Shown here piece after piece: positions 1 through 11,197 of a DNA stretch of 43,560 bases. Under the pieces are notes generated by a model. That model had not been told where the DNA came from and did not search any database. It was given only the letters and a program-made list of their open reading frames with translations. The translations under genes were made by a program, and so were the position numbers. Each line of letters begins with the position of its first letter. The first letter of the stretch is position 1. This stretch comes from Ministeria vibrans ATCC 50519 (taxonomy: Eukaryota; Protista; Filasterea): positions 1 to 43,560 of the forward strand of contig CALSCP010000437.1 in the NCBI GenBank assembly GCA_943704425.1, read 5' to 3'.

Positions 1-126
<126 letters not shown>

Positions 127-140
127 GTTTGCGATGCGTA

Positions 141-1995
141 CCAGTGGCCGGGACGCCACGCCTGAACCACTGCCCCTGTGGCGTTCTTCCACTATTTTAC
201 ACAAGACACAGTGACTCAATAATTAATTTATTTTTGATGTCAAAGGCAAAAACTGAATTACCTGAAGAGACGGACTGTACGTAAGACCGGAAGGAATGCG
301 ATAGGTAAAGGCACCGCCGCCACTGGTCTTGCTGGAGCACCAGTAGCCCTCTGGCGGAGTGAAGCCCTTGCAGCAACCGCCAACGCCCAGCTCAAAATAT
401 TGAAACTCAGTCTAGAGGAGTTGAAACATCCGTGAGGGGAAAATGCCCTCTCGCGTTAATATACCTGCTCAAAACCACGATTGGGAGAGGTCACTTCAAT
501 GTTCTGATCTGGATCAGCGGGAAGGACAGGCTTGAGCCAGGACTGCGCCTTGCTAATCCAGCCGGTGGGGAAGAGATCGCGTTCGGGGTTGGCGTTGGGG
601 TAGCGGGCACGGACAACACGCTCTCCATTGGCGCGCAGGGATGGAATGGTCGTAAGGCCAGCGGGGAGCTGAACTCTAGTGCGGTAGATGTTCTTGAAGG
701 TCCGGTAGCCACTAATGTGACCAGCCTAAGAAGTACATAAAAAAAGCTATAAGACAACACACACCCACACACACCCATGGTTCAGAATTGAAATAAAAAA
801 GTACCTCGGGCGTAGGGGAAAAGACGCGGTCGGTGCGGATGTAGCAGTCGTTGGCGTAGGCACCCTGTTGAGCATCGTGCCACACGTACGACTCGCACGA
901 TGGACGAGAATCGCACAGCGCTTCACAGGCATCCACCGTTGATGTGTGGCCCAGCAGAAAGATTGTCTTGTTCACCTGAGGTCCCGGAACGGAACCCATA
1001 ATGTTGTTTTCGCCAATGAGACGACGAAACCCCGAGCCAGACTGGTTGAAGGGAGCCCAGTTGACCTCAAGAGGGTGTCCACCGCTCACCCAAACATCGT
1101 CGCCATCGTACGACATGATGGTCAGGCCCGAGTCCTCGGTGCCCAGCTCAATGGTGTGAGAGAGATAGTACGTTCCCTTGCGCATGACAATCGAGCGTTT
1201 GGCAACACCCAGTGTGCGCGACATGGTCACGGCGTGCTCGAGCGTCTTCAAGGGCGCCAGTTCCGTCCCGGGGTTGCTATCGTTGCCTGACTCAACATCC
1301 ACAAAGAGTGTCGCATCCGCTCCAGTCTTAATGGCAAACTTTCGCTGAACGTTTTCGGGAATTGGAGCAAGCTTGTGCTCGCGAGCGTACGATGTGTTGC
1401 ACAAGTCAAGCTGCAGTGCATCGTAGACGGCACGCAGTTTGGGCTGAGTCGGCTGAATCTGAAGATCAATCCACAAAAACGTAAAAAAATAAATAAAAAA
1501 GTGGTTAGCTGTTACAATCTATCAAGTATCAAACACTCAAGTCCCAAGAAAAAATCGCGGTTATCATGAAAAAAAAAAAGAAAAAGTGAAACCGGAAAGA
1601 TAAACAAACAAAATGATTAAAACAAAAATGATTACCTTTTGAGCATAGGCGTACGCACCCTTGCGCCAGGCACAGTCAAAGGCCGGGTCGACTCCGCGGG
1701 GCGGAACAGCAGCATAGGGGCTGCTGAGATCGTACAGATCGGGAGCAGTGGTCACCTGCGCACGAAAACAGAAAGAGCGTTTAGGGGTTTGCGCAGAACC
1801 CCAACGGGCCGTTTTCGCGCCTCAAACGCAACAGGATGCACGTTGGTATCAAGTGGGTGGGCCGGGAAGGCGATAATCGGGACGGTTCAGGCGCAATACC
1901 TGTTTGAGTTCATGATACGACTGGAAGTCATGCAGGGCACTCGCGACGGCCACAAGGCACGCAATGGCTAGAGTGCTCCTCATGAGGCGTGTCAT
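141..1995 (-). CDS. Secreted protein with right-handed beta-helix/pectin-lyase-like N-terminal signature and a PAN/Apple domain (multi-exon; 3' end runs off the window)
   Basis: Signal peptide MTRLMRSTLAIACLVAVASA from ATG 1995. LFVDVESGNDSNPGTELAPLKTLEHAV...IVMRKGTYYL...DSGLTIMSYDGDDVWVSGG is typical of the start of parallel beta-helix proteins. CEALCDSRPSCESYVW...CY is PAN/Apple-like. GT-AG introns. Confidence 0.6.
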
Positions 1996-2221
1996 TATTG
2001 AGCTTTCGGAACACGAAAATAGCAAAAATATTAACAATTATTAAACAAACAAAATTATTCATAACAGAGTTCAGAAAGACTTCTTTCGCAACTAGAGCAT
2101 TGATACTCGAGAATCTGGAGGAAGCGCAAATTAGTGCAGCGACTTGGTTGGCATTGAAAACGTTTTAGTTTTGCATTAATTTTTTATTCACTCGCTCAAA
2201 AAATGGTTAGAAAAGATATAT

Positions 2222-5200
2222 TTACTGCAGGGCATTGAGGCACTGACGAGCCCCCTCGTCGGTGGTTGCGGCGCTCGTACTGCGCACCCACACCTCAAGT
2301 CCGCCCGCAAGCAGTTTCCCATGGATGAGCACAACACCGCTACAGACAAACAGAGAGAGAAACAAGGTGACAAAGAAAACAAAGTTATAGAGAGAGAGAC
2401 AAAGTGATAGAGAGAGAAACAAAACGAAAAAAGATAAGCTAGGATTCCACAAGGTATTAAAAAGTCGGTGTCATACCCATCAGAGGACTGACCCGCGACA
2501 ATTCCTTCGGTTCCAATGACTTGCACTGGATGAAGATTGATACTTGACAGGCGTGCCATGAAATCCTAGAAATAAAACACGAGAGTGTGAGTCCACGAAA
2601 TTTGGCATTGAATACAGGTCTCAATTCTCCAATTATTTTCTTAGTCCACGAAAAAAAAAAATTACCGTGACTTTCTTGACAGACGAGTTGCGAATGATAC
2701 GCTTGGTCTCGTGGCCAAAAGTGGTCCATTTTGCGCCAAACTGGGGCGTGGTAAGAGTGAGGGGGGAGAAGGCAATGGAGGGAGTAGCGGTGAGGAGGGA
2801 GACGGACGGGGACTGAGCGGAGGCGGGGGTGTCGTAGAGAGACATTATGTCGAGGGAGGCGGCGGGAGCAGCGGAGGCAGAGGCAGTGGTCGTAGCCGTG
2901 GAAAGAGACATAAGGTCGTTGAGATCTCCAAGCGCGTTGGTGGAGGAGGGTGGCGGCGCGCTTGAAGTGGTGGGGGAGGGTGCGCTCATGAGGTCGTCGA
3001 GGCCAAGCAGATCGGTGGCTGCTGAGGCAGCTGGAGCGGCAGCGCTGGAAGCAGAAGGAGGAGTGTAGGAGGAGACGGGTTTCGCGGCAGCCGTAGTAGT
3101 GGTTGCGGAAGCCGTGGCAGTCTTGGAGGGTTGACTCGTCACTCCGCCAAAAAGCATGCTTGCTTGCTCCTTTTTGCGCTTCTCGGCCTCGCTGAGTTCG
3201 CGCACGACTGGTGCTGATGCAGTCGCTGTGACACGGGGCTGTGAGGTGGTGCCGGACGAGGGAGTCGATGAGCTGGCACCGACTGAGGCAAGGGCTGAAG
3301 AGAGCGACAGGTTGTCGCCGGGAGTGGACGTCGCGGTCGCGTCTGTGGCACCCGTGTCAAACATGGAAGAGGGCTGTGTGGGCGTGGCAGGTGTCGCTTG
3401 CTTCTCGGCATAGCCTGCCTTGCCCCACTTGCGCTGACCGCTCACGTTCAGACCAGTGGCAGAAGGTGCGGCGGCGGCGGCGGCGGCGGGCGTCGAAACA
3501 CTTCCAGCGCCGGGTGTTGACGCACCACCAGCACTGGGGGCTGGGAGACCATTGAAAAGACCGGTGGCGGCGGCGGCGGATGCCGAAACACCCGAGCCGG
3601 CGGGAGTTGCAGATCCACTGCCGAAGGACGGGTCCGATTGGCGCATAAAACCGCCGCCAGCCGACACGGCGGGCTGTTGCGGTGTGGGGTACTGGCTAAA
3701 GTTGAGTCCCGACGACTGGGCACCACCGGCGGCACCACCGGCGGCAGTGCCTGTGGCGTCCACGCCCGCTTCGGCATTGCGCTCACGCTTCGACTTGTAG
3801 GCTGGTTTACCTGCGCGCAGCTGAGCGGAGACGTAGCTGTCGAGGAAGGAGATCTCGGAATCGGGTTCGAGGTCTTCGCACGACGAGTCGACGGGCAGCA
3901 TGGCGAGCATGACGCCGTTGGGCTCTTGAGTAAGCTGACGGAACTCAAAAGCACGCTGCTGCAGGTCGACGCTACGTGAGTTGCAGTAGCGCGCGACGGC
4001 AGCCGTAATGCTTTGCGGTAGCTGTGTCGTGTTAGCCTGCGCGACCAGCTTCATGACGGCTGTCAAGATCCAGCCCTGAGTCTCATCTTGCGCACCCAGT
4101 TCGAGCAGCGACAAGAGACGCTCGGCCACATTGAGCGGGTGAGTCTCTTGCCCGAGCACATAGGTGTACTCGCCCAACACCCAACACATGGTCTGCACGC
4201 AAATGTCCGGCAAGCGATGCGACGCACGATCGAGCATGTTAAGGTACGCCTGCACAGCATGTACACGCAGACTGCTGTCGGCAGACTCGTCGTCACTACC
4301 TTCGGCAATGAGCCGCATCAGATTGTGCGCAACCTCGGGGCGCACAAGGTCCCCGCCCAGTTCAAAGATGGCATTCATGGTCGTTATGAACCATTCGTTG
4401 TCGGGTGCGTATCGCTCTGCCAGCTGTGTGATGCGTGCCACAAGGTCCGCGCGCAGGTAGGAGTCCACTGTGGATCGCAAGTAGTTGACCTAAAACGAAT
4501 GCACAGGCAATAAGTGACTCATAAAAAATAAAAAAATAAAAAAACAGAAAATAAGAGTACCATTTTCTCGACGATGAACGTGACGTTGATTGGGTTGGTC
4601 ATCTTGTAGAGCAGTTCGAGTGTCTTTCGCTTAAGTGTGTCATCCTGATCGTCCAGACAGTCGACGACAACCATTTGGTGGTCAGCGGCGTACTTTGGAT
4701 CCACCTAATGTAGTTCGAAAGACGTACAATTTGCTTTGAGTGAGAAGGACGATTCTTGATATATTTTTATATTTTTAAGGCCGACCTGCACAATCTGAGT
4801 GAGTGCAGTAATACCCAAATAGCGCAAGTTGTTGTTGCCAGAGGAGAGGAAACGGGCAATGCTCTTCGCAGCGAGTTCGATGCAGCGGGTGTTGGGGTAG
4901 ACGGTGGCAATGGTGCGAACACACTCGTTGATGACAGCATAGCCAGCGTGTGTACCCGACTCGGCGCGACGCAACGTGTCCGCAAGCACATCGTACATTC
5001 CCCTAAAAATGAAATCTGATAAGTATATAGAAAAAGAGAAAAAAAGGGAAAAAAAAGAGAGAAAGAGAGAACAAATAGAGAGAGAAAGAAAGAACAAATG
5101 GAGAGAGAGAGCAAGAAACAAAGTGATAGAGAGAGAGAGAGAGGAAGGAAAGTATATTTCCCATCCTGTCGAATGGATTGCCAGAGAACAATGATAATGA

Positions 5201-6551
5201 CTTACGCTGATGTCTTCTGGTCATCAAGCCCTAGGTTGGCAAGAACCTTGAGACACTTGATCTGGATCCAGGGCGCAGGTACCCCGTGGTACTCATACTC
5301 GCGCGACAATCGGTGTTCAATCACCTATTAGAGTAAATAAATAACAATTATTAGTAGTAGTATTGGGAGAGACGCTTGTGAGAGAAGCACAACAAAATAG
5401 GGGGGTTTGTACCTGTTTGAGAATGTTGGTAAAGGCCGATGTGAGGTCCTTGTACTTGGCCGCATTGTCTTTGGCCGTCAGTGACACGTAGACAGTCAAT
5501 GCCGCACTCATGACAGACGGATCGGGGTCGCACAGTGCCTATCACAAAAAAGAAAGAGAGACAGACAGACAGTGAGACAGAGAGACAGTGAGACAGAGAA
5601 AGGAGAGAGAGAGAAACAATGTGTAGAAAGAAAGTGATAGAAAGAAAGTGATAGAAACAATGTGTAGAAACAATGTGTAGAAACAAAGTGATAGAAACAG
5701 TGTAGAAACAAAGTCATAGAAACAAAGTCATAGAAACAAAGAGATAGAAACAGTGTAGAAACAATGCGTAGAAACAAAGTCATAGAAACAATGTGTAGAA
5801 ACAAGGTAATAGAAACAATGTGATAGAAACAAAGTAATACAAACAAAGTGATGGATACCAATGAGACATGACACAAAGACTGAAAGATCAAATTTCTGCA
5901 TGTTCTACTGTACCTTTCGGAAAAGAGGATTGTAGTTTGTGATTGAGAGGGGGTCCAGTTCAACAAACTTGAACAGCGCCATGACAGCCTAGAAAAAAAC
6001 AAAAAAAAAACGAAAAAAGGGTATAATATAAGAAAGGAACAAACCTCTCAAAAATGTACCTTCTTTCTGACGAGTGGCTTAGAATGGGCGAGTTTCTCCT
6101 CGACAAGGGAGGCGACGGCGGGCATCATTTCGGCGTTGATGAGCTTGCAGGTGACAGTGAGGGCGGCGCACACGGCGAGCATGTTGGACGACTTGATGTC
6201 GCGCTGGAGCGTATTGATCAGCAGCATCAGAAAGTTGTGTTCGGGCGTGAGGAAGAGCGACGACGCAAGATACCCCATCCGCTTCTCGGTGATGTTGGTC
6301 GACTACGCGCGGAGGCGGGAGGCGGTTAGAAGGCCGAGGAGAGGCACAGACGAACGGGAAAAAAACCCCAGAAAGAAAAAAAAAAATGGTGTTTTGTACC
6401 TGAGACATTTTGATGGCGTGAATGTAGCCAAAGCTGGCGTCGACGCCAAGCATCTCGCAGTAGATGAGCCGCACAAGGTACTCCTTCATCTGCTTCGGGG
6501 AAATGTCCGCCTCTTTGAGCTTTTCCTGTGGAACAGAAGAGAAGAGAGGAG

Positions 6552-6584
<33 letters not shown>

Positions 6585-6873
6585 AGGAGAGAGAGAGAGG
6601 TTTATGAAAATAATACAAAATCCAAAAACATACTTGTAAGATACGACCCTCTGCCGCAATGATGCGGTCCTCTTCATGCTTGGTTTTGGCCTCGCCAATG
6701 AGACTAGAGAACGGCGGCGCAAGAGAAGACAGAGACAGAGAGAAAGAGAGAGAGAGTATGAGAGAGAGAGAGAGTGTTGTGACAGAATTGAAAGAGAGAG
6801 AAAGCTACCGAATCAATTCTAAGAATTGTTTGCTTGCGTTTGGCACGGTCGTTCCCGTCACCAGTGAGGCCAT
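2222..6873 (-). CDS. AP4E1: AP-4 complex subunit epsilon (multi-exon)
   Basis: Spliced exons give FLELIR..GEAKTKHEEDRII, MKEYLVRLIYCEMLGVDASFGYIHAIK, KRMGYLASSLFL, YEYHGVPAPWIQIK, HQMVVVDCLDDQDDTLKRKTLELLYKMTN, LAERYAPDNEWFI, VAHNLMRLIAEG. These are followed by a Ser/Ala/Pro hinge and a short epsilon-type C-terminal ear (PLTLTTPQFGAKW...VLIHGKL). Confidence 0.93.
5545..5880. repeat. Intronic minisatellite of ~14-bp units (ATAGAAACAAAGTG / GTAGAAACAATGTG variants)
   Basis: Direct tandem degenerate repeats visible inside an AP4E1 intron. Confidence 0.85.
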
Positions 6874-7169
6874 TTTGTATTGAAGAATGAAAATAATAAT
6901 AATAATAATTCAATTTTTGAATTTTATTTATTATTGTTTTCAATTGTTATCGCTCAAAGCCACTTTCTAAGCTACAAAAGGTTCAAAAGCGTTGAGAAGG
7001 AGCGAAGACACTCAAGACAGGTTGGATAGCGGCCAGACAAGTAAGTAAGTAACGCGACTAAATTTACGCGATAGGCACCAGACACATTTATTTGATGACT
7101 AAATTTTTGTGACTGAAACTATCCACACACTCACACTTGCTTTACAGACGAACATCGCTTTTCATTGAT

Positions 7170-7537
7170 TTACTGTGCGCCCTCAAAGACCTTGGTGGTG
7201 ATGCCATCCCTCTGGGTGAGGCGGTTGAGGGCATCGTCGCTCTCGCTAATGCCACGGACGAAGCCGCTGATAACATAGGGGGTGTTGGTACCGGTGTAGC
7301 GGCCCTGCTCGTCGACGTTGCCGACGTTGATCTGCACCGACGCCTTGTCGCGGGCACCAATGATGCGGCCCGAAGCGGAGCTACAGACAACAGCAAATCT
7401 CGTTCAGACATGACATGTAACGTAACATACAATTATTATAATGTAATATTATAACGATAAGTAAAAAGACGGCTTTCATTTCCTTACCATCGTCGGGGAA
7501 TGTAGACGTCAACAACCTCACCAGCGTCGTTCTGCAT
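7170..7537 (-). CDS. RPS21: 40S ribosomal protein S21 (eS21); two coding exons 7537-7488 and 7380-7170
   Basis: Splicing gives MQNDAGEVVDVYIPRRCSASGRIIGARDKASVQINVGNVDEQGRYTGTNTPYVISGFVRGISESDDALNRLTQRDGITTKVFEGAQ*, a clear eS21. It is absent from the ORF track because it is spliced. Confidence 0.97.
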
Positions 7538-7546
7538 AACTGATGT

Positions 7547-8266
7547 CTGAGAGGAGAGAAGAGAGAAAAAAAAGAGAAGACAAAAAGGTTTTAGTGTTGG
7601 CAAAAATTGGTCGTGTTTTTGCTGAAGAGAGAGTGGACTCTCAAGTACGAGTCATTATCGACAGTAATTGAGAGCAGAAACGGGCAAAACGCAAAACAAG
7701 AGAGAAACGACCAAAAAAAAAAAAAAAAAACGAAAAACGAAAAATTGAAGAAAATGTGTCATTTAACGAGAGTATTTTCCTGGCGAGCGGCCGAGAGCTA
7801 GGGGACGTGAGCCCAGAGGGAAGTCGAGAAGACGACGAGGAGAGGCGGAAAGAGTCGACGCATGTCTACTTTTTTTGACGGCAAACCCTACTCGCGCTCT
7901 CCGGCCTTTCCCGGTGTCTACTGCAGTCGTCACGGAGAGTGCATGCGTGCTGACAGCGAGAGACGCGAGGAGGCGAGCCAATTCAACGCGGGAACGTGTG
8001 TAGGAACGAGAGAAAGGGAACACAGTAACAAAAAAAAAAAAAAAAAAAAAAAAAAGAAGAAGACTATGGCAAACGCTCCATAGACAGCGGCGCACGTCGA
8101 CCAAGGGTGCACATGATCATCATACACGCACACGAAAGAGAGGAGGGAAGGGGAGGAGAGGTAGAGGGAGAAAGAGAAGGAGAAGATGCAGTTGCTCTCC
8201 TTTTCATCGGACGCAGGACCCCACTCGGTAGTGATCAGAGTCCCTAGAAGTAGGAACATGGCATAC
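7547..8266 (-). other. Probable 720-nt 5'-UTR intron of RPS21
   Basis: CAAG|GTATGC donor at 8266 follows a pyrimidine-rich (TOP-like) first exon at ~8290-8267. Polypyrimidine tract plus CAG acceptor at 7547, 9 nt before the RPS21 ATG. Confidence 0.6.
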
Positions 8267-8376
8267 CTTGGAGAGCGATAAAAAAAAGAGACTCAACGAT
8301 AATTAGATGAAACAACAGATCAGTCAAAACTCAAGATCCCTTTTTCTTTTCTCTACCTGATCCACTCTCATTCATT

Positions 8377-9307
8377 ATGATCAGCACTGCTCTTGTAGGA
8401 AGAACATCGTCTGTGCTTCGTATCACGTTGACCAACGCACGCAAGAGAAATGTTCTCTCCAAAGCCGTTTTGACCGAGTTGAATGGAGTGTTGACGAATC
8501 CGCCAGAAACTGCGCGCGCTATCGTCATTGCGTCCGACGGACCAGTGTTCTCGTCGGGACACGACTTGAAGGAGCTTTTGAATGGCGATCAGAGTGAGCG
8601 AATTGATATTTTCAGTCTGTGTCTTGAAGGTACAATACAAATTCATGTACATCAATCGATCTCTGAGTTGCTATTTTCTCAAGTCATGATGCGACTCCGC
8701 CACCATTCTCTGCCGACTCTCGCTCAAGTGGAAGGCCATGCCTTTGCCGCAGGACTGCAACTTGTATCCGCGTGTGATATGGCGATTGCGGCGGACACGG
8801 GAGTCACCTTTGCGACACCAGGTGTCAAAGTGGGCCTTTTCTGTCACACGCCTGCCGTCGAACTGGGACTCAACAGTACGCATCAGATTTATATTTTGAA
8901 AGTAACACTGTCTCTTTATACTCCCTTCTCCCTTCTGTTTTGCCTCTCAAGTCCCTCGCAAAGCGCTCAATGAGATGCTACTGACAGGCAAAGCAATCGG
9001 TGCGGAACGTGCACTCCAAATTGGACTCATCAATCGGATTGCGTCCGACTGTGCCAGCGAAACACTCGCATTGGCCGACGATATTATCGAAGGGTCGTCG
9101 CGTGAGGTGTTAGAATCAGGAAAGACAGTCTTAGCAGAGCAGGTAAACTTTCAAGTCAAAAGAGTCAACTTACAGTATGGTGTTCGTTTTCAGTTGCACG
9201 AAAGCGATCCGATTAAGGCATATGAAATAGCCGCGTGTGCAATGGTGGAGGGTCTGGCGAGCGAACACGCAATATTGGGAATCGAGAAGTTTTTCAAAAA
9301 GACGTAA
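8377..9307 (+). CDS. ECHDC3: Enoyl-CoA hydratase domain-containing protein 3-like (crotonase fold; multi-exon)
   Basis: KRNVLS, GPVFSSGHDLKEL, AAGLQLVSACDMAIA, FATPGVKVGLFCHTPAVEL, IPRKALNEMLLTGKAI are ECHDC3-type motifs. Short GT-AG introns. Confidence 0.88.
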
Positions 9308-9380
9308 ACACAAAGACTGTTTTGAAATGAAAAAAAGGGGGGACAAGGAACTGTACACAGCTTTAGAGAAGAAAAAAAAG

Positions 9381-10639
9381 TTACGCGAATTGCTTTGGGT
9401 TGATCTTGCGGGTTCGTTGGAGAAGACCCGCGTGTTCTTCACGAATGACTTTGCAGACATTGCGAAGGGCCTCATGAGCCTACACACAGTGAAAAGAGAC
9501 AATAGAGAGACGAGTAAGTGGGAATAGAAAAAAGACTCTGATCGAGTGAGAGAGAGTGGACTTGCAAGAGTCACAAAATGAGTGAGTGAGTAAGACTAGG
9601 CGAGACACTGATTTGTGTGTGAGAGGGTCAGACTGATTGAGTCGGTCAATGAGTGAATTCAGTAGGTGAGTGAGGGTGTGAGAAACACTGATTGATGTGA
9701 AAGACATCGCCACATCGAGATTTGTTCGTTCGTACCTTTAGTGCATTTTTTCTAAATCGGTTAATGCCAAAGTCTTCAAGACGCGATCGCCATCCCCAGA
9801 CGGAAGACGTCACCCGAGCATCAATATGACACACAGTCCTAACCAAACAATCAGTGGCAGAACATTCCATTGTTTCTGTGCATACTCTGTCTCAGACTGT
9901 TCGTAGACACAGCGCTCTTCCACCACCATAAAGCTGCGCAGGGTGATGTTACGCGTGAAGGTACGCATGGTTTGCTTCTCAGGGTCGACAACACTGTCCT
10001 CCACAATGAACGAGCGGGTGTTGCGAACAAGCTGCGGCACAAAAAGAGACATCGACTGCACTGAGGTGGTGTGTGTGTGTGTGCTGACCACTTGACTTCG
10101 CCCGTACCATTTCACCCCAAGCCGGCTTTCCATTGGTCTTCACAAGTAATCTTCTGGTATGCAAAAAGCCGGTCTCCGGGTCCACATAACGATCAATCAC
10201 GTCTGCGTTCAACTGTAAGAGCGGAAGAGAGAGAGAGAAAGTGGCGGTTGAGGCGGTGTGAGCACACGACACGAAAAATGTCAAATCCCAGCAGTGTTTG
10301 CATAATGGCGCATGCGTTGCTGTCGGACGGGTCCCTTGATCAGACTATGGGGATGGCCGGGAGCAACGTGGGGGCGGACAAAAGAGCGGTACGCAAAACA
10401 TTTGGAGGAAAGTCACAGAAAAAAAAAACTCCCCATCCAAAACCACGCGGAAAGAGAGGAGCACCAGCGAGCCGGGCACGTTACACAGATAAGCAACACT
10501 CGGGTGGTCACAGCCAGTGGCAAGGGTGTCTTACAACGTGGCGCGTTAAAGGTGAGTCAAGTCCGTATTTTCTCCAGAAAGCGAGTGTGACGACGGCAAA
10601 CGAGTCGGGAAACGACATGTGTTGTGTTAGAAGACGCAT
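9381..10639 (-). CDS. PRELI/Ups/SLMO-family mitochondrial lipid-transfer protein (PRELID3-like; multi-exon)
   Basis: MRLLTQHMSFPDSFAVVTLAFWRKY..., DVIDRYVDPETGFLHTRRLL, IVEDSVVDPEKQTMRTFTRNITLRSFMVVEERCVY, LEDFGINRFRKNALK match the PRELI domain. An in-frame upstream extension through an exon at ~10770-10860 is possible. Confidence 0.88.
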
Positions 10640-11007
10640 GTTGAGATTCTATATGTATAAAGTGAGGCAGGCAAACAATAATAATTTACAATATGTTATA
10701 ACTCATCTTGTCCAAGTCACACAAGCGCGAACATTTTCATTTGTGATCTTCTGAAAAAACGAACTCACCGGGTGATCGGCCGCGATGTAGACCTGGAAAA
10801 TGGCGTAGACATGTTGAACTGTTGATATATCATGAAGCGGTAGATACCCAGACGATCGAATAAAGGCTGGATATTTCAAAAAAAAAAAACAGAAAATTCC
10901 ATGACTCCACTCTTCATTTTGCTACGCCTTTCCACTGTTGAAAGAATGTCATGGTTATATCAGAGTAAATGACAAGAGACGTGCGGTAATAAAATCGAAA
11001 ATGATGT

Positions 11008-11013
11008 TATATA
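11008..11013 (+). promoter_or_regulatory. TATA-like element upstream of the permuted tRNA
   Basis: TATATA ~37 nt upstream of the 3'-half start. Upstream TATA-like elements are described for permuted tRNA genes, where the internal A/B boxes are in reversed order. Confidence 0.4.
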
Positions 11014-11049
11014 CCACTTTAGCGATAAAATTCGGCACTTTGAGTTGAA

Positions 11050-11181
11050 ACCGTGCGGTCCAGATGGAAATCGCAATAGTAGGAAAAATCGCTTTTTTCC
11101 AGGATTTGGTTCGAGCCCCTGGCGAGGCAAGTTCTCTTGTTCTCGCCTCGCTAGCTCAGTTGGTAGAGCACACGGCTTTTA
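11050..11181 (+). tRNA. Circularly permuted, intron-containing tRNA-Lys(TTT): 5' half 11145-11181; 3' half 11050-11063 + 11108-11129; intron 11064-11107; spacer 11130-11144
   Basis: Reassembled sequence GCCTCGC TA GCTC AGTTGGTA GAGC A CACGG CT TTT A|A CCGTG CGGTC CAG|GG TTCGAGC CCCTG GCGAGGC A. It has a 7/7 bp acceptor stem, 4/4 D stem, 5/5 anticodon stem and 5/5 T stem, with invariant T8, GG in the D loop and TTCGA. Confidence 0.9.
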
Positions 11182-11185
11182 AGTC

Positions 11186-11197
11186 TTTTTTTTTTTT
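11186..11197 (+). terminator. Pol III-type poly(T) terminator
   Basis: T12 run 4 nt after the end of the tRNA 5' half. Confidence 0.65.

Noticed and set aside
7868-7895. TTTTTTTGACGGCAAACCCTAC as a possible telomerase RNA template
   Set aside because: It does not give the ~1.5 repeats of CCCTAA needed, and no supporting pseudoknot was identified.
7930-8259. Minus-strand ORF with faint resemblance to RNASEK / V-ATPase subunit f (MFLLLGTLI...SNCIF...AAVYGAFAIVF)
   Set aside because: It lies inside the predicted RPS21 5'-UTR intron, no GT-AG sites join the similar pieces, and the hydrophobicity comes from pyrimidine tracts.
11145-11197. Interpretation as a truncated tRNA pseudogene or tRNA-derived SINE head
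   Set aside because: The exactly complementary 3' half is present immediately upstream with all stems perfectly paired, which decay would not preserve.
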